Origin: Planctomycetota bacterium
GTDB lineage: Bacteria; Planctomycetota; UBA1135; UBA2386
Reading direction: 5' to 3'
Length of the DNA stretch: 25,491 bases
NCBI GenBank assembly: GCA_035305285.1
Contig: DATGPD010000155.1
Span: 1-25,491, forward strand
Shown: piece after piece, positions 16,727 through 25,324 of the stretch
Position numbering within the stretch: position 1 is the first letter of the stretch
Layout: each line of letters starts with the position of its first letter
Position numbers and translations under genes: made by a program
The notes under the pieces: model-generated
Told to the model about the DNA's origin: nothing
Databases searched by the model: none
The model's input: the letters and a program-made list of their open reading frames with translations, nothing else

Positions 16727-17737
16727 TCAGCGCGGTGCGCCGTCGCGCCCGCCGCCGCTGCCGGGGAGCAGGGCGCGCAGGCTGGCCTGACCCGCGGCCT
16801 TGGCGAACTGGCGCGCGACGAAGCGCAGCGACTCATGCAGGGCGGTGTCGGCGAGGCCGTCGCGCCACGAGTGCCCGCCGCCTTCGATCTTGCGCCAGGT
16901 GTGCTCGACGTCGCGCTCGGCGAGCACTTCGTGCAGCTTCTCGTTGGTGACGTGGAAGTCGTAGCGGTCCTTGGTGCCGGCGTCGAAGTAGATCGCCAGG
17001 CGCCGGAGCTCTTCCTCGGGCAGTGACTTGGCGAGCGCCAGGGTGTTGTTGGCGCGCCACAGCTCCTGGTCGATCGGGTCGCCGAACGTCTCGGTGAGCG
17101 TCGGCGCGATCCACTGGCTCTTCATCGCGCGCTGCAGCGCCGGCGTCAGTTCGTCGAGGTCGGGGGGGAACACGGCCGCGGAGTGCGTCGCGACCGTGGC
17201 GAACAGGTCGGGGTGGCGGAACGCGATGTTGAGCGCGCCCATCCCGCCCATGCTCACCCCCATGAGCGCACGTCGGCCGCGGTCGGACTCGACCCGGTAG
17301 GTCTGCTCGACGTGCGCGAGCAGGTCCTTGGTGATCATGTCCTCGACCTTCGCGCTCTTGCCGTTCAGGTAGAAGTTGGTGCGCCCGGGCGACGGGCAGA
17401 CCAGGATCAGCTCGGGCACCTCCTGGCTGCCGATCATCTGGTCGAGGGCCTCGCTGCCGCCGCGGCCGTGGAACCGCATGTGGTCTTCGAACATGCCGTG
17501 CAGCCAGACCACGAGCGGGTACTTGCGCTCGCGGTTGGCTTCGTCGTGGTAGCTGCGCGGCAGGTAGACGCCGTACGGCACCTTGCGACCGAGCGCCGCG
17601 CTCTCGAACTCGCGCGCCTCGTAGGTTCCGTGCTTCAGCTCGGGCGGCGGGGCCTCGTTGCGGCGGTTGCGCTGCGCGGCGACGGCCGCGGCGAGAACGG
17701 CGAGGGCGACGGCGCCCGCGAGGGTGGGCTTGGTCAT
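16727..17737 (-). CDS. Exported alpha/beta-hydrolase, putative esterase (Fes/S-formylglutathione hydrolase-like)
   Basis: Signal peptide; VYLPRSY, YPLVVWLHG, nucleophile elbow GVSMGG, YFDAGTKD, GGHSW (Ser-Asp-His). Confidence 0.9.
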   Translation of the reverse strand: MTKPTLAGAVALAVLAAAVAAQRNRRNEAPPPELKHGTYEAREFESAALGRKVPYGVYLPRSYHDEANRERKYPLVVWLHGMFEDHMRFHGRGGSEALDQMIGSQEVPELILVCPSPGRTNFYLNGKSAKVEDMITKDLLAHVEQTYRVESDRGRRALMGVSMGGMGALNIAFRHPDLFATVATHSAAVFPPDLDELTPALQRAMKSQWIAPTLTETFGDPIDQELWRANNTLALAKSLPEEELRRLAIYFDAGTKDRYDFHVTNEKLHEVLAERDVEHTWRKIEGGGHSWRDGLADTALHESLRFVARQFAKAAGQASLRALLPGSGGGRDGAPR

Positions 17738-17762
17738 GCGTTTGCTGCTCGGAGGGGACGCG

Positions 17763-17772
17763 ATTGTAGGCT
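17763..17772. promoter_or_regulatory. Overlapping divergent -10 boxes: TACAAT (minus, esterase) and TAGGCT (plus, folC)
   Basis: ATTGTAGGCT lies in the 55-nt gap between the two divergent starts. Confidence 0.45.
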
Positions 17773-17792
17773 TCCCGCCTCGCGCCCCGTCC

Positions 17793-19112
17793 GTGCCCGC
17801 AAACAATCCGCGCCCTTCGCCCGCCGACCGCATCCTCGCCCGCCTGCGCCCGCTGACCAACTACGAGCGCACGCGGACCGACAAGCCGCGCTGGTCGCTC
17901 GACAACATGCGCGCGCTGCTCGCGCGTCCGGGCGCCGCGCGGCTGCGCGGTCGGGCGGTCCAGGTGGGCGGCTCGAAGGGCAAGGGCACGACCGCGCTCT
18001 ATCTCGGCGCACTCGCGCGCGCGCTCGGGCTGCGTTCGGGGGTGTACCTGTCGCCGCACGTCGGCGACCTGACCGAGCGCGTGCAGGTCGACGGCCGGCC
18101 GGCCGACGACCTGGAGGAGGTCGTCGGCGCGCTGCTCGACCACGTGGGCAGGGAAGGCCTGGCCGACGTCACCTTCTTCGAGGTGATGACCGCGGCCGCG
18201 GTCGAGTGCTTCGCGCGTGCCGGGGTGGACCTCGCGGTGTTCGAGGTCGGACTCGGCGGCCGGCTGGACGCGACCACCGCGATCCCGGTCGACGCGTCGA
18301 TCCTCACCAACGTCGAACTGGAACACACCGAGCTGCTCGGCGACACCGTCGAGGCGATCGCGGCGGAGAAGGCGCACGTCGTCCGGCCCGGCGGCCTCGC
18401 GTTCACCGGCGCGCGTGAGCCGGCGCTGTCGGTCATCGCGCACCGCGCGGCCGAGGTCGGCGCGACCTTGCGCGTGCGCGGCCGCGACTTCACGGTCGAG
18501 GCCGCGGTCGACGGTTGGAGGTCGGTGCGCGGCGTGGTCGAGGAACGCGGCGTCCGGCTGCCGTTCACCCTGCCGGACGCCGCCGCGTTCGAGGCCGAGG
18601 CGCTGTGCTTCGCCGCGTGCTGCGCGCGGGCGCTCTGGCCGGAGCGGGCCGCCGCGATCGCGGCCGCGCTCGATCCGGTGGCCTTCCGACCGGAGCTGCC
18701 GGCGCGCTTCGAGAGGCTCGTCACGCGGGCCGGGCTCGCGGTCGTGGACGGCGCGCACACCGAGCAGTCGCTCCGCGCGACCACCGCGGAGGCGCAGCGG
18801 CTCGCGCCCGGCCACCGCTGGGCGGTGTTGTTCGGCTCGGCGGCCGGCAAGCAGTGGCGCACCGGGTTGAGCTGCCTCGCGCCGCTGGTCGATACGTTGT
18901 ACGTGACCACCGTCGAAGGCACGACCAGCGAGGACCCCGGGGCGATCTGCGCGTACGCGCGGTCCGTCGGAATGCGCGCCGTCCGCGTCGAAGGGGTCGC
19001 GGAAGGACTGGCCGCGCTCCGCCGGCACGCGCCGCCCTGGCTGGTGACGGGCTCGTTCTACCTCGCGGGCGAGGCGCGCCGGCTGCTCCTCGCCGAGATT
19101 GTGGCACGATGA
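17793..19112 (+). CDS. folC: Folylpolyglutamate/dihydrofolate synthase
   Basis: VGGSKGKGTT P-loop, YLSPHV...ERVQVDG, TFFEVMTA, EVGLGGRLDATT, TNVELEHTELLGDT..IA.EK, VDGAH, VTGSFYL. GTG 17793 preferred because ATG 17736 overlaps the esterase start. Confidence 0.92.
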   Translation: MPANNPRPSPADRILARLRPLTNYERTRTDKPRWSLDNMRALLARPGAARLRGRAVQVGGSKGKGTTALYLGALARALGLRSGVYLSPHVGDLTERVQVDGRPADDLEEVVGALLDHVGREGLADVTFFEVMTAAAVECFARAGVDLAVFEVGLGGRLDATTAIPVDASILTNVELEHTELLGDTVEAIAAEKAHVVRPGGLAFTGAREPALSVIAHRAAEVGATLRVRGRDFTVEAAVDGWRSVRGVVEERGVRLPFTLPDAAAFEAEALCFAACCARALWPERAAAIAAALDPVAFRPELPARFERLVTRAGLAVVDGAHTEQSLRATTAEAQRLAPGHRWAVLFGSAAGKQWRTGLSCLAPLVDTLYVTTVEGTTSEDPGAICAYARSVGMRAVRVEGVAEGLAALRRHAPPWLVTGSFYLAGEARRLLLAEIVAR

Positions 19113-19663
19113 GCGGCGCGGCGCGAGAGCAAGGGGGGGACGCCGCCACGGCGCCGCTCGTCGAGGACGTGTTCGTCACCGACTGCTTCCTGATCAAGGG
19201 GCGCCTGGCGAACAAGTTCCAGCGCCTTGCGCGGATGCTGGAGGACTACGAGCGCTCCTACCTGTCGGTCGAGGACGCCGTCCTCGCGTCGCTGCGCGGG
19301 CCCGAGGTGATCCGCACGCCGCGCGTGCTCATCAACCAGAACGAGCTGGTGTTCGCGCACGAGCTGATCGACGTCGCCGGCGACGACGCGCAGCGCCGGC
19401 TCGCGGCGAACGAGAAGTCGGTCCGCATCCGCGGCTTCTACAACGGCTCGGTGCAGATGGAGCTGTCGGGCAACGTCGAGCCCGGCGCGTACGAGCCGAG
19501 GCGCGGCAACCGGCGCAACTACTTCATCATGACCTCGCCGGTCGTGCGCGGGCTCGACTTCGACGGCAACCCTGAGCTGGCGATCTTGCGCAGGCTGAGT
19601 TACGCGATCGTCCGCAAGGACAAGCTCGCGTACATCTACGACTTCAGCGACGTCGCGCGCTGA
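19109..19663 (+). CDS. Hypothetical cytoplasmic protein with two similar small beta domains (DUF6812-like)
   Basis: ATGA-coupled to folC; normal codon bias; halves FLIKGRL..YLSVEDAVL..VLINQNELVF and MELSGNV..YFIMTSPVV..AIVRKDKLAY. The family name is from memory. Confidence 0.7.
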   Translation: MSGAAREQGGDAATAPLVEDVFVTDCFLIKGRLANKFQRLARMLEDYERSYLSVEDAVLASLRGPEVIRTPRVLINQNELVFAHELIDVAGDDAQRRLAANEKSVRIRGFYNGSVQMELSGNVEPGAYEPRRGNRRNYFIMTSPVVRGLDFDGNPELAILRRLSYAIVRKDKLAYIYDFSDVAR

Positions 19664-19828
19664 TCGCGGCGCCGTCCCACCGGCGCACGGCGCCGAGCGC
19701 GGCACCGATGCTCGTCGATTGCCCGGCGTGCGTCGGCAGGCGCGCTCGGTCGCCTGATGGGCGTGACCGGGCCGGTGCGCCGATCGCGCCCCCGTCGGGC
19801 CGGCCGGGTCAGGTGCCGGCCGGGCAGC

Positions 19829-19834
19829 TACGCT
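19829..19834 (+). promoter_or_regulatory. Putative -10 box TACGCT (leaderless promoter)
   Basis: 7 nt upstream of GTG 19842, no SD. Confidence 0.45.
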
Positions 19835-19841
19835 CCGCGCC

Positions 19842-20291
19842 GTGGTCGCTCCGATTCCCGTCGGCGAGGGGCCGGCTCCCGCCTGGCTCGATCGCGCCGT
19901 CGCCTGCGCCGTCGTCGCAGCGGCGATCGGCATCGTGCTGGCGCTCGCGGGCGTCGAGCCGGACCCGCGCGGGCTCGGCACGCACGAGCAGCTCGGCATG
20001 CGGCCGTGCGGGTGGCCGGAGCGCTTCGGCATGCCGTGCCCGACGTGCGGGGTGACGACGGCGGCGTGCCACCTCGTCCACCTGTCGCCGTGGCAGGCGC
20101 TACGCGTGCAGCCGTTCGGCGCGGTGCTCGCCGCGCTCGGGCTCTGGGTGATGGTGCTCGCGGCGCACGACCTCGTACGCGGCCGCTCGTTCCTCGCACG
20201 GGCGTACGCGGTGAACCCGGCGCGCTGGATCCTCGGCGGCCTCGCGCTCCTGCTGCTGTCGTGGTGGTACAAGGCGCGGGTCGCGGGGTGA
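19842..20291 (+). CDS. DUF2752-family membrane protein
   Basis: GTHEQLGMRPCGW...GMPCPTCGVTT...QPFG motif with three TM segments. Confidence 0.85.
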   Translation: MVAPIPVGEGPAPAWLDRAVACAVVAAAIGIVLALAGVEPDPRGLGTHEQLGMRPCGWPERFGMPCPTCGVTTAACHLVHLSPWQALRVQPFGAVLAALGLWVMVLAAHDLVRGRSFLARAYAVNPARWILGGLALLLLSWWYKARVAG

Positions 20292-20299
20292 ACGCGTGC

Positions 20300-21202
20300 T
20301 CAGCGTTCCGCGTTCGCCAGCTCGTCGAACATGAGCCGGTAGCTGCGCATGCGGCTCTCGGCGATGCGGTCGCGCACCGCGCAGTCGGGTTCGTCGCGGT
20401 GCGTGCAGTTGCGGAACGCACACTGCGGCGCGAGCTGCTTGATGTCGCGGAAGTAGAAGCCCAGCTCCTGGGTGCCCGCGCCGTACAGCGTGAACGCGCG
20501 CACGCCCGGCGTGTCGATGACGTAGCCGCCGCCGGGCAGCGGTACGAGCTGGGTGTGCGTGGTCGTGTGCTTGCCCTGGCGCAGCTTGCCGAGCGAGCCG
20601 ACGCGCAGGTTCACGCCGGGCACGATCGCGTTCACCAGCGACGACTTGCCGGCACCCGACGGGCCACACAGCACGGTGACGCCGGCGTGCAGCCGCGCGC
20701 GCAGCTCTTCGAGCGTGGCGTCCGTCCGGTGGCCGGGCGCGACGCTGGTGGGGTACACCGGGTAGCCGAGCGAACGGTACAGCTCGGCCCACTTCTCGGT
20801 CTGCGCGGGCGGAGCCCGGTCGATCTTGCTGATCACGAGCGCGGCCTCGATGCCTTCGCGCTCGGTGGCGGCGAGGATGCGATCGACGAGCAAGGGGTCG
20901 AACGTCGGCTCGCGCACGGGCATGACGATCAGGACGAGCGACAGGTTGGCGGCCAGCACCTGCTCGCGCCCGTCCTCGCCCGCGGCGCGCCGGCCGAGGC
21001 GGTTCGTGCGCGGTAGCACCGCGTCGATCGCGCCGCCGCCCTCGGCGAGGGTGACCTCGACCCGGTCACCAGGAGCGATCGGCCGCTTCTCGTGGCCGGG
21101 CTCCTCGAACAGGCGGCCGCGGAGCGGCAGCAGGTGGACGGTGCCGTCGACGTCGACGTGCGCGAACTTGGCATCGACGCGGAGGACGAGTCCGACGGGC
21201 AT
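20300..21202 (-). CDS. rsgA: Ribosome small subunit-dependent GTPase A
   Basis: N-terminal OB domain, SKID, GPSGAGKSSLVN, GKHTTT, IDTPG, Zn finger CAFRNCTHRDEPDC. Confidence 0.96.
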   Translation of the reverse strand: MPVGLVLRVDAKFAHVDVDGTVHLLPLRGRLFEEPGHEKRPIAPGDRVEVTLAEGGGAIDAVLPRTNRLGRRAAGEDGREQVLAANLSLVLIVMPVREPTFDPLLVDRILAATEREGIEAALVISKIDRAPPAQTEKWAELYRSLGYPVYPTSVAPGHRTDATLEELRARLHAGVTVLCGPSGAGKSSLVNAIVPGVNLRVGSLGKLRQGKHTTTHTQLVPLPGGGYVIDTPGVRAFTLYGAGTQELGFYFRDIKQLAPQCAFRNCTHRDEPDCAVRDRIAESRMRSYRLMFDELANAER

Positions 21203-21218
21203 GGCGGTGGGACTTCAT

Positions 21219-21228
21219 ACCGTATCGT
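21219..21228. promoter_or_regulatory. Overlapping divergent -10 boxes: TACGGT (minus, rsgA) and TATCGT (plus, gluQ, leaderless)
   Basis: ACCGTATCGT in the 33-nt rsgA-gluQ gap; TATCGT is 7 nt before ATG 21236. Confidence 0.5.
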
Positions 21229-21235
21229 CGCGGCG

Positions 21236-22167
21236 ATGCCGGTCGTCGGCCGTCTCGCCCCCAGCCCTACCGGAGTGCTGCACCTCGGCAACGCGCGCAC
21301 GTTCCTGCTGGCGTGGCTCAGCGTGCGCAGCCGGGGCGGCCGCCTGCTCCTGCGCGTCGAGGACATCGACGGCCCGCGGGTGAAGCCTGGCGCCGAGGCG
21401 CAGACGATCGCCGACCTGCGCTGGCTCGGCCTCGACTGGGACGGCGAACCCGTGCGGCAGAGCGACCGGCTGCCGCGCTACGCGGCGGCGTGTGCGGACC
21501 TGCTCGCGCGCGGCCTCGCCTATCCGTGCGTGTGCTCGCGCAAGGAAGTCGAGGAGGCAGCCTCGGCGCCGCACGAGGCGGACGGCGAGGGACCGGCCTA
21601 CCCCGGCACGTGCGACGGACGGTTCGCCGACCTGGACGACGCGCGCGTGCGCACCGGCCGGACCCGGCGGTCCGCTTCCGCGTGCGCGTTGCGAGCGTGC
21701 CGTTCGTCGACCGCTTCCGCGGCCCGCAAGCGGGTGCGATCCGCGGCGACTTCGTGATCCAGAAGCGCGCGGGCCTGCCGGCCTACCAGCTGGCGGTCGT
21801 GGTCGACGACGCGGCGCAGGGCGTCACCGAAGTGCTGCGCGGCGACGACCTGATCCCGTCGACGCCGCGGCAGCTCCTGCTCTACCGCGCGCTCGGCCTC
21901 GCGCCGCCGGCGTTCTGCCACGTGCCCCTGGTCGTCGGCCCGGACGGCCTGCGCCTCGCCAAGCGGCACGGCGACACGTCGCTCGCCGCGTTCCGCGCGC
22001 GCGGGGTCGCGGCCGAGCGGATCGTCGGCTGGCTCGGAGCGACGCTGGGCTTCTGTCCGCCCGGCGTCGAGCGGACGCCGCGCGATTTGCTGCCCGCGTT
22101 CGACCTCGACCGCGTACCGCGCGCGCCGGTCGACGGCACGACCGCCGACTTCTTCGCGCGCACGTAG
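21236..22167 (+). CDS. gluQ: Glutamyl-Q tRNA(Asp) synthetase, interrupted by a -1 frameshift near 21660
   Basis: Frame 1: RLAPSPTG.LHLGN, LRVEDID, CVCSR, YPGTC. Frame 2: GDFVI, AYQLAVVVDD, VLRGDDL, HVPLV, RLAKRHG. No anticodon-binding domain. One missing base joins the two frames. Confidence 0.9.
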
Positions 22168-22197
22168 CGCGTCCGCGCGGCGGCCGGCGGTGTGCGG

Positions 22198-23096
22198 TCA
22201 GGCCGCTTCGATTTCGGCCCGGCCCGGGTCGGCGGCCTCGTCCTCGGTGAGACGCATGAAGTACGCGCCGAGAAACACGCTCGACACGAGCGCATTGGCG
22301 GCGGCGAACAGCACGCTCGCCACGCCGCCGAGCAGGAGCAGGAACGGGAAGACGTTGTACGACAGGGAGCCGCTGCTGAACGCGAGCAGATCCCAGTCGC
22401 CGCCGACGCCCAGCCGGTCGACGAGCCAGAGGCTGGCGACCAGGAACATCACTTGCCCGAAGCCAGCCCGCCGACGACGTCGAAACGGTGGTAGCTCGTG
22501 CGCAGGGTCGCGCACAGGGCCGTGACCGGCCGCCGCGGGTGCGCTGCGGCGGCGCACACGAGCGGGGCGAGCAGCAGCGTCGGGATGATGTAGACGACGT
22601 TGCCGACGCGGTCGGGACGCAGGCACGAGAGGAGCCACGCGCCGCCGAACAGCGCGAGCTTGCCGAGCCCGATGGTCAGCGTGTGGTCGACGATGCCGCG
22701 GAAGAACGCGTAGCCGTCGGGCTTCCGGTTCGCGTTCCAGGCGCGCAGGAGGCCGACGTGGCCGGCGAGCACCACCGTCGCGAGCGCGAACGCCGCGAGG
22801 TTGATCGGGCGCGACAGGCCGAGGTCTTTCGCGTTCGCGAGGCCGAAGGGGTTCTCGTGCACCCGGTGGCCGGGACTGAACTCCACGAGCAGCCACGACC
22901 CGAAGAGCATCATCCCGGCCGGCACGAGCAGGGCCGGGGTCGTCACCGTCGCGACGAGTGCGCGCCGGAACGAGTGCCGCTCCGCGAGGATCCAGAGGCC
23001 CCACGCCGCCAGGGCGACGAACAGGAGCAGCCCGCCGAACGACAGCACGCGCCCGTTCGCGGGGCCGAGGGCGACGAAGGACAGGAACGGGAGCAC
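22198..23096 (-). CDS. Multi-pass membrane protein, split into 22449-23096 and 22198-22449
   Basis: Hydrophobic, codon-biased sequence continues across a frame change at about 22450-22490. Either one frameshifted gene or two TGATG-coupled genes. Confidence 0.7.
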
Positions 23097-23136
23097 GGGA
23101 TCGATGCCGGACGGGGCGGCGATGCGCGGCCGGGGG

Positions 23137-23142
23137 AGAGTA
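23137..23142 (-). promoter_or_regulatory. Putative -10 box TACTCT
   Basis: TAnnnT in the divergent gap, upstream of GTG 23096. Confidence 0.3.
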
Positions 23143-23204
23143 TTGCAGGAACGCCTCGTCGGCGGGCGGTGCGACGGCGGCGGGCTCGCGCGCGCCGCGC
23201 ACAG

Positions 23205-23210
23205 TAATGT
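23205..23210 (+). promoter_or_regulatory. Putative -10 box TAATGT
   Basis: 9 nt upstream of GTG 23220, no SD. Confidence 0.45.
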
Positions 23211-23219
23211 CGTCGGCCC

Positions 23220-24011
23220 GTGTCCGACCCTGCCCCGATCACCTCCGCCAAGAACCCGATCGTGGCGCGCTTTCGTGCCGCCGCGACCGGCGACGCGCCG
23301 GACCTGTTCCTCGTCGAGGGCCGGAAGCTGATTGCCGAGGCGCTCGACGCGAAGCTCGCGGCGGTCGAGGCGGCCTACGACGCCGACCGCCTGGCGCCCG
23401 GGGAGGAACTGCTCGCCCGCCTGCGGCGCGCCGGGGCCCGGGTCACGCCGTGCGCGCCTTCGGTGTGCGCCAGGCTGTCGTCGGTGTCGACGCCGCAGGG
23501 GATCGCCGCGGTGTTCCGTCGCCCGGTGTTCCGCGACGAGGACCTGCTCGGCCGCGCGCCGGCGCTCGTCGTGGTCGCCGCGGGCGTCAAGGAACCGGGC
23601 AACCTCGGTGCGCTCGTGCGCGCCGCCGAGGCGGCCGGCGCGGGCGGCGTGCTCGCCCTGCGCGGCGGCGCCGACCCCTTCCGCGACAAGGCGGTGCGCG
23701 GCGCCGCGGGCAGCTCCTTCCGCCTGCCGGTGCGCGGCGGGGTGCCGGTCGCCGACGCGCTCGCGTTCGTGGTGCGTTACGGGCTGCGGCTGTTCGTGCT
23801 CGCGGAGGACGGCGAGGTCGACTACCTCGACGCCGACCTGCGCGAACCGTGCGCGGTCGCGCTCGGCGGCGAGGGGGAAGGCCTGCCCGACGAGCTGCGC
23901 GCGGCCGCGGCGGCGTGCGTGCGCGTGCCGATGGCGGGCCGCGTCGACAGCCTCAACGTCGCCGTCGCCGCCGGCGTGGTCCTCTACGAGGCGCGGAGGC
24001 AGCGGCGATGA
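23220..24011 (+). CDS. TrmH/SpoU-family RNA 2'-O-methyltransferase
   Basis: ITSAKNP, FLVEGRKL, VKEPGNLGALVRAAEAAG, LGGEGEGL, VPMAGRVDSLNVAVAAGVVLYE (SPOUT motifs 1-3). Confidence 0.94.
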   Translation: MSDPAPITSAKNPIVARFRAAATGDAPDLFLVEGRKLIAEALDAKLAAVEAAYDADRLAPGEELLARLRRAGARVTPCAPSVCARLSSVSTPQGIAAVFRRPVFRDEDLLGRAPALVVVAAGVKEPGNLGALVRAAEAAGAGGVLALRGGADPFRDKAVRGAAGSSFRLPVRGGVPVADALAFVVRYGLRLFVLAEDGEVDYLDADLREPCAVALGGEGEGLPDELRAAAAACVRVPMAGRVDSLNVAVAAGVVLYEARRQRR

Positions 24012-25324
24012 GCCTGTTCGAGAAGCCGGGCAAGGACGGCAAGCCGCTCGCGGAGCGCATGCGGCCGCGGACGCTCGCCGAGTTCGTCGGCCAGGGGCAC
24101 CTGCTCGGCGCCGACCGGCCGCTGCGCCGCGCGATCGAGGCCGGCCAGGCCGGGTCGCTGATCCTGTTCGGCCCGCCCGGGGTCGGCAAGACGACGCTCG
24201 CGCACCTGATCGCTCGGCACTCCGGCCTGCACTTCACGGCGCTCTCCGCGGTGCTGTCCGGGGTGAAGGATCTGCGCGACGCGGTCGCCGAGGCCGACGC
24301 ACGCCGGCGCGCGAGCGGGCAGGGCACGCTGCTGTTCGTCGACGAGATCCACCGTTTCAACAAGGCGCAGCAGGACGCCCTGCTGCCGTTCGTCGAGAGC
24401 GGGCAGGTGGTGCTGGTCGGGGCGACGACCGAGAACCCGGCGTTCTCGGTGATCGCGCCGCTGCTTTCGCGCTGCCGCGTGCTGCGCCTGGAGGGGCTCG
24501 CCGACGACGCGATCGGCGCGCTGGTCGAGCGCGCGCTCGCCGACGCCGAGCGCGGCCTCGGCGCGCGCCGGCTGCAGCTCACCACCGCCGCGCGCGCGCG
24601 TCTGATCGCCGGCGCGGGCGGCGACGCGCGGCGCGCGCTCAACGTGCTCGATGCGGCACAGGCGATGGTGCCGGACGGCGCCACGCTGGAAGAGTCCGCG
24701 ATCGCCGAGGCTCTGCAGCACCGCACGCTGCTGCACGACCGCGCCGGCGACCTGCACTACGACCTCCTGTCGGCGTTGCACAAATCGCTGCGCAACTCGG
24801 ACGCGCAGGCCGCGCTCTACTGGCTCGCGCGCCTGATCGAAGCCGACGCCGACCCGATGCAGGCGGCGCGCCGGATGGTGGCGATGGCCGCCGAGGACAT
24901 CGGGCTCGCCGACCCGATGGCGCTGCAGGTGGCGGTCGCGGCGATGACCGCGTTGCAGAACCTCGGCCTGCCGGAGGGGCGGCTGCCGCTCGCCGAGGCG
25001 GCGATCTACCTGGCCGCGGCGCCGAAGAGCAACTCGACCTACCGCGCGATCGAGGCCGCGCTCGCCGCGGTGCGCGGCGCGCCGCAGCACCCGGTACCGC
25101 CGCGCCTGCGCAACGCGCCGACGCCGCTCGCCAAGGCGTGGGGGCACGGCGAAGGCTACCGCTACGCGCACGAGCACGAGGGCGGCGTCGCGCCGATGGA
25201 GTGTCTGCCCGACGCGCTCGCCGGCACGCGCTTCTACGAGCCGGCTACGCGCGGGTTCGAGGCCAAGGTGGCGCAGCGGCTCGCCGAGGCGGACGCGTTG
25301 CGCAGGGGGCAGCGCGATGGCTGA
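24008..25324 (+). CDS. rarA: Replication-associated recombination protein A (AAA+ ATPase, MgsA)
   Basis: PLAERMRPRTLAEFVGQ, GPPGVGKTT, FVDEIHRFNKAQQD, GATTENP, SALHKSLRNSD, EDIGLADP, APKSNS, YRYAH. Confidence 0.97.
   Translation: MSLFEKPGKDGKPLAERMRPRTLAEFVGQGHLLGADRPLRRAIEAGQAGSLILFGPPGVGKTTLAHLIARHSGLHFTALSAVLSGVKDLRDAVAEADARRRASGQGTLLFVDEIHRFNKAQQDALLPFVESGQVVLVGATTENPAFSVIAPLLSRCRVLRLEGLADDAIGALVERALADAERGLGARRLQLTTAARARLIAGAGGDARRALNVLDAAQAMVPDGATLEESAIAEALQHRTLLHDRAGDLHYDLLSALHKSLRNSDAQAALYWLARLIEADADPMQAARRMVAMAAEDIGLADPMALQVAVAAMTALQNLGLPEGRLPLAEAAIYLAAAPKSNSTYRAIEAALAAVRGAPQHPVPPRLRNAPTPLAKAWGHGEGYRYAHEHEGGVAPMECLPDALAGTRFYEPATRGFEAKVAQRLAEADALRRGQRDG

Noticed and set aside
17658-17792. 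Longer N-terminus for folC
   Set aside because: It would overlap the start of the divergent esterase and the shared promoter; FolC-like sequence begins only after GTG 17793.
19800-19830. GGTCAGGTGCCGGCCGGGCAGC resembling SRP RNA domain IV
   Set aside because: No GNRA tetraloop, spacing one base short, no long flanking helix, and it overlaps the promoter of the DUF2752 gene.
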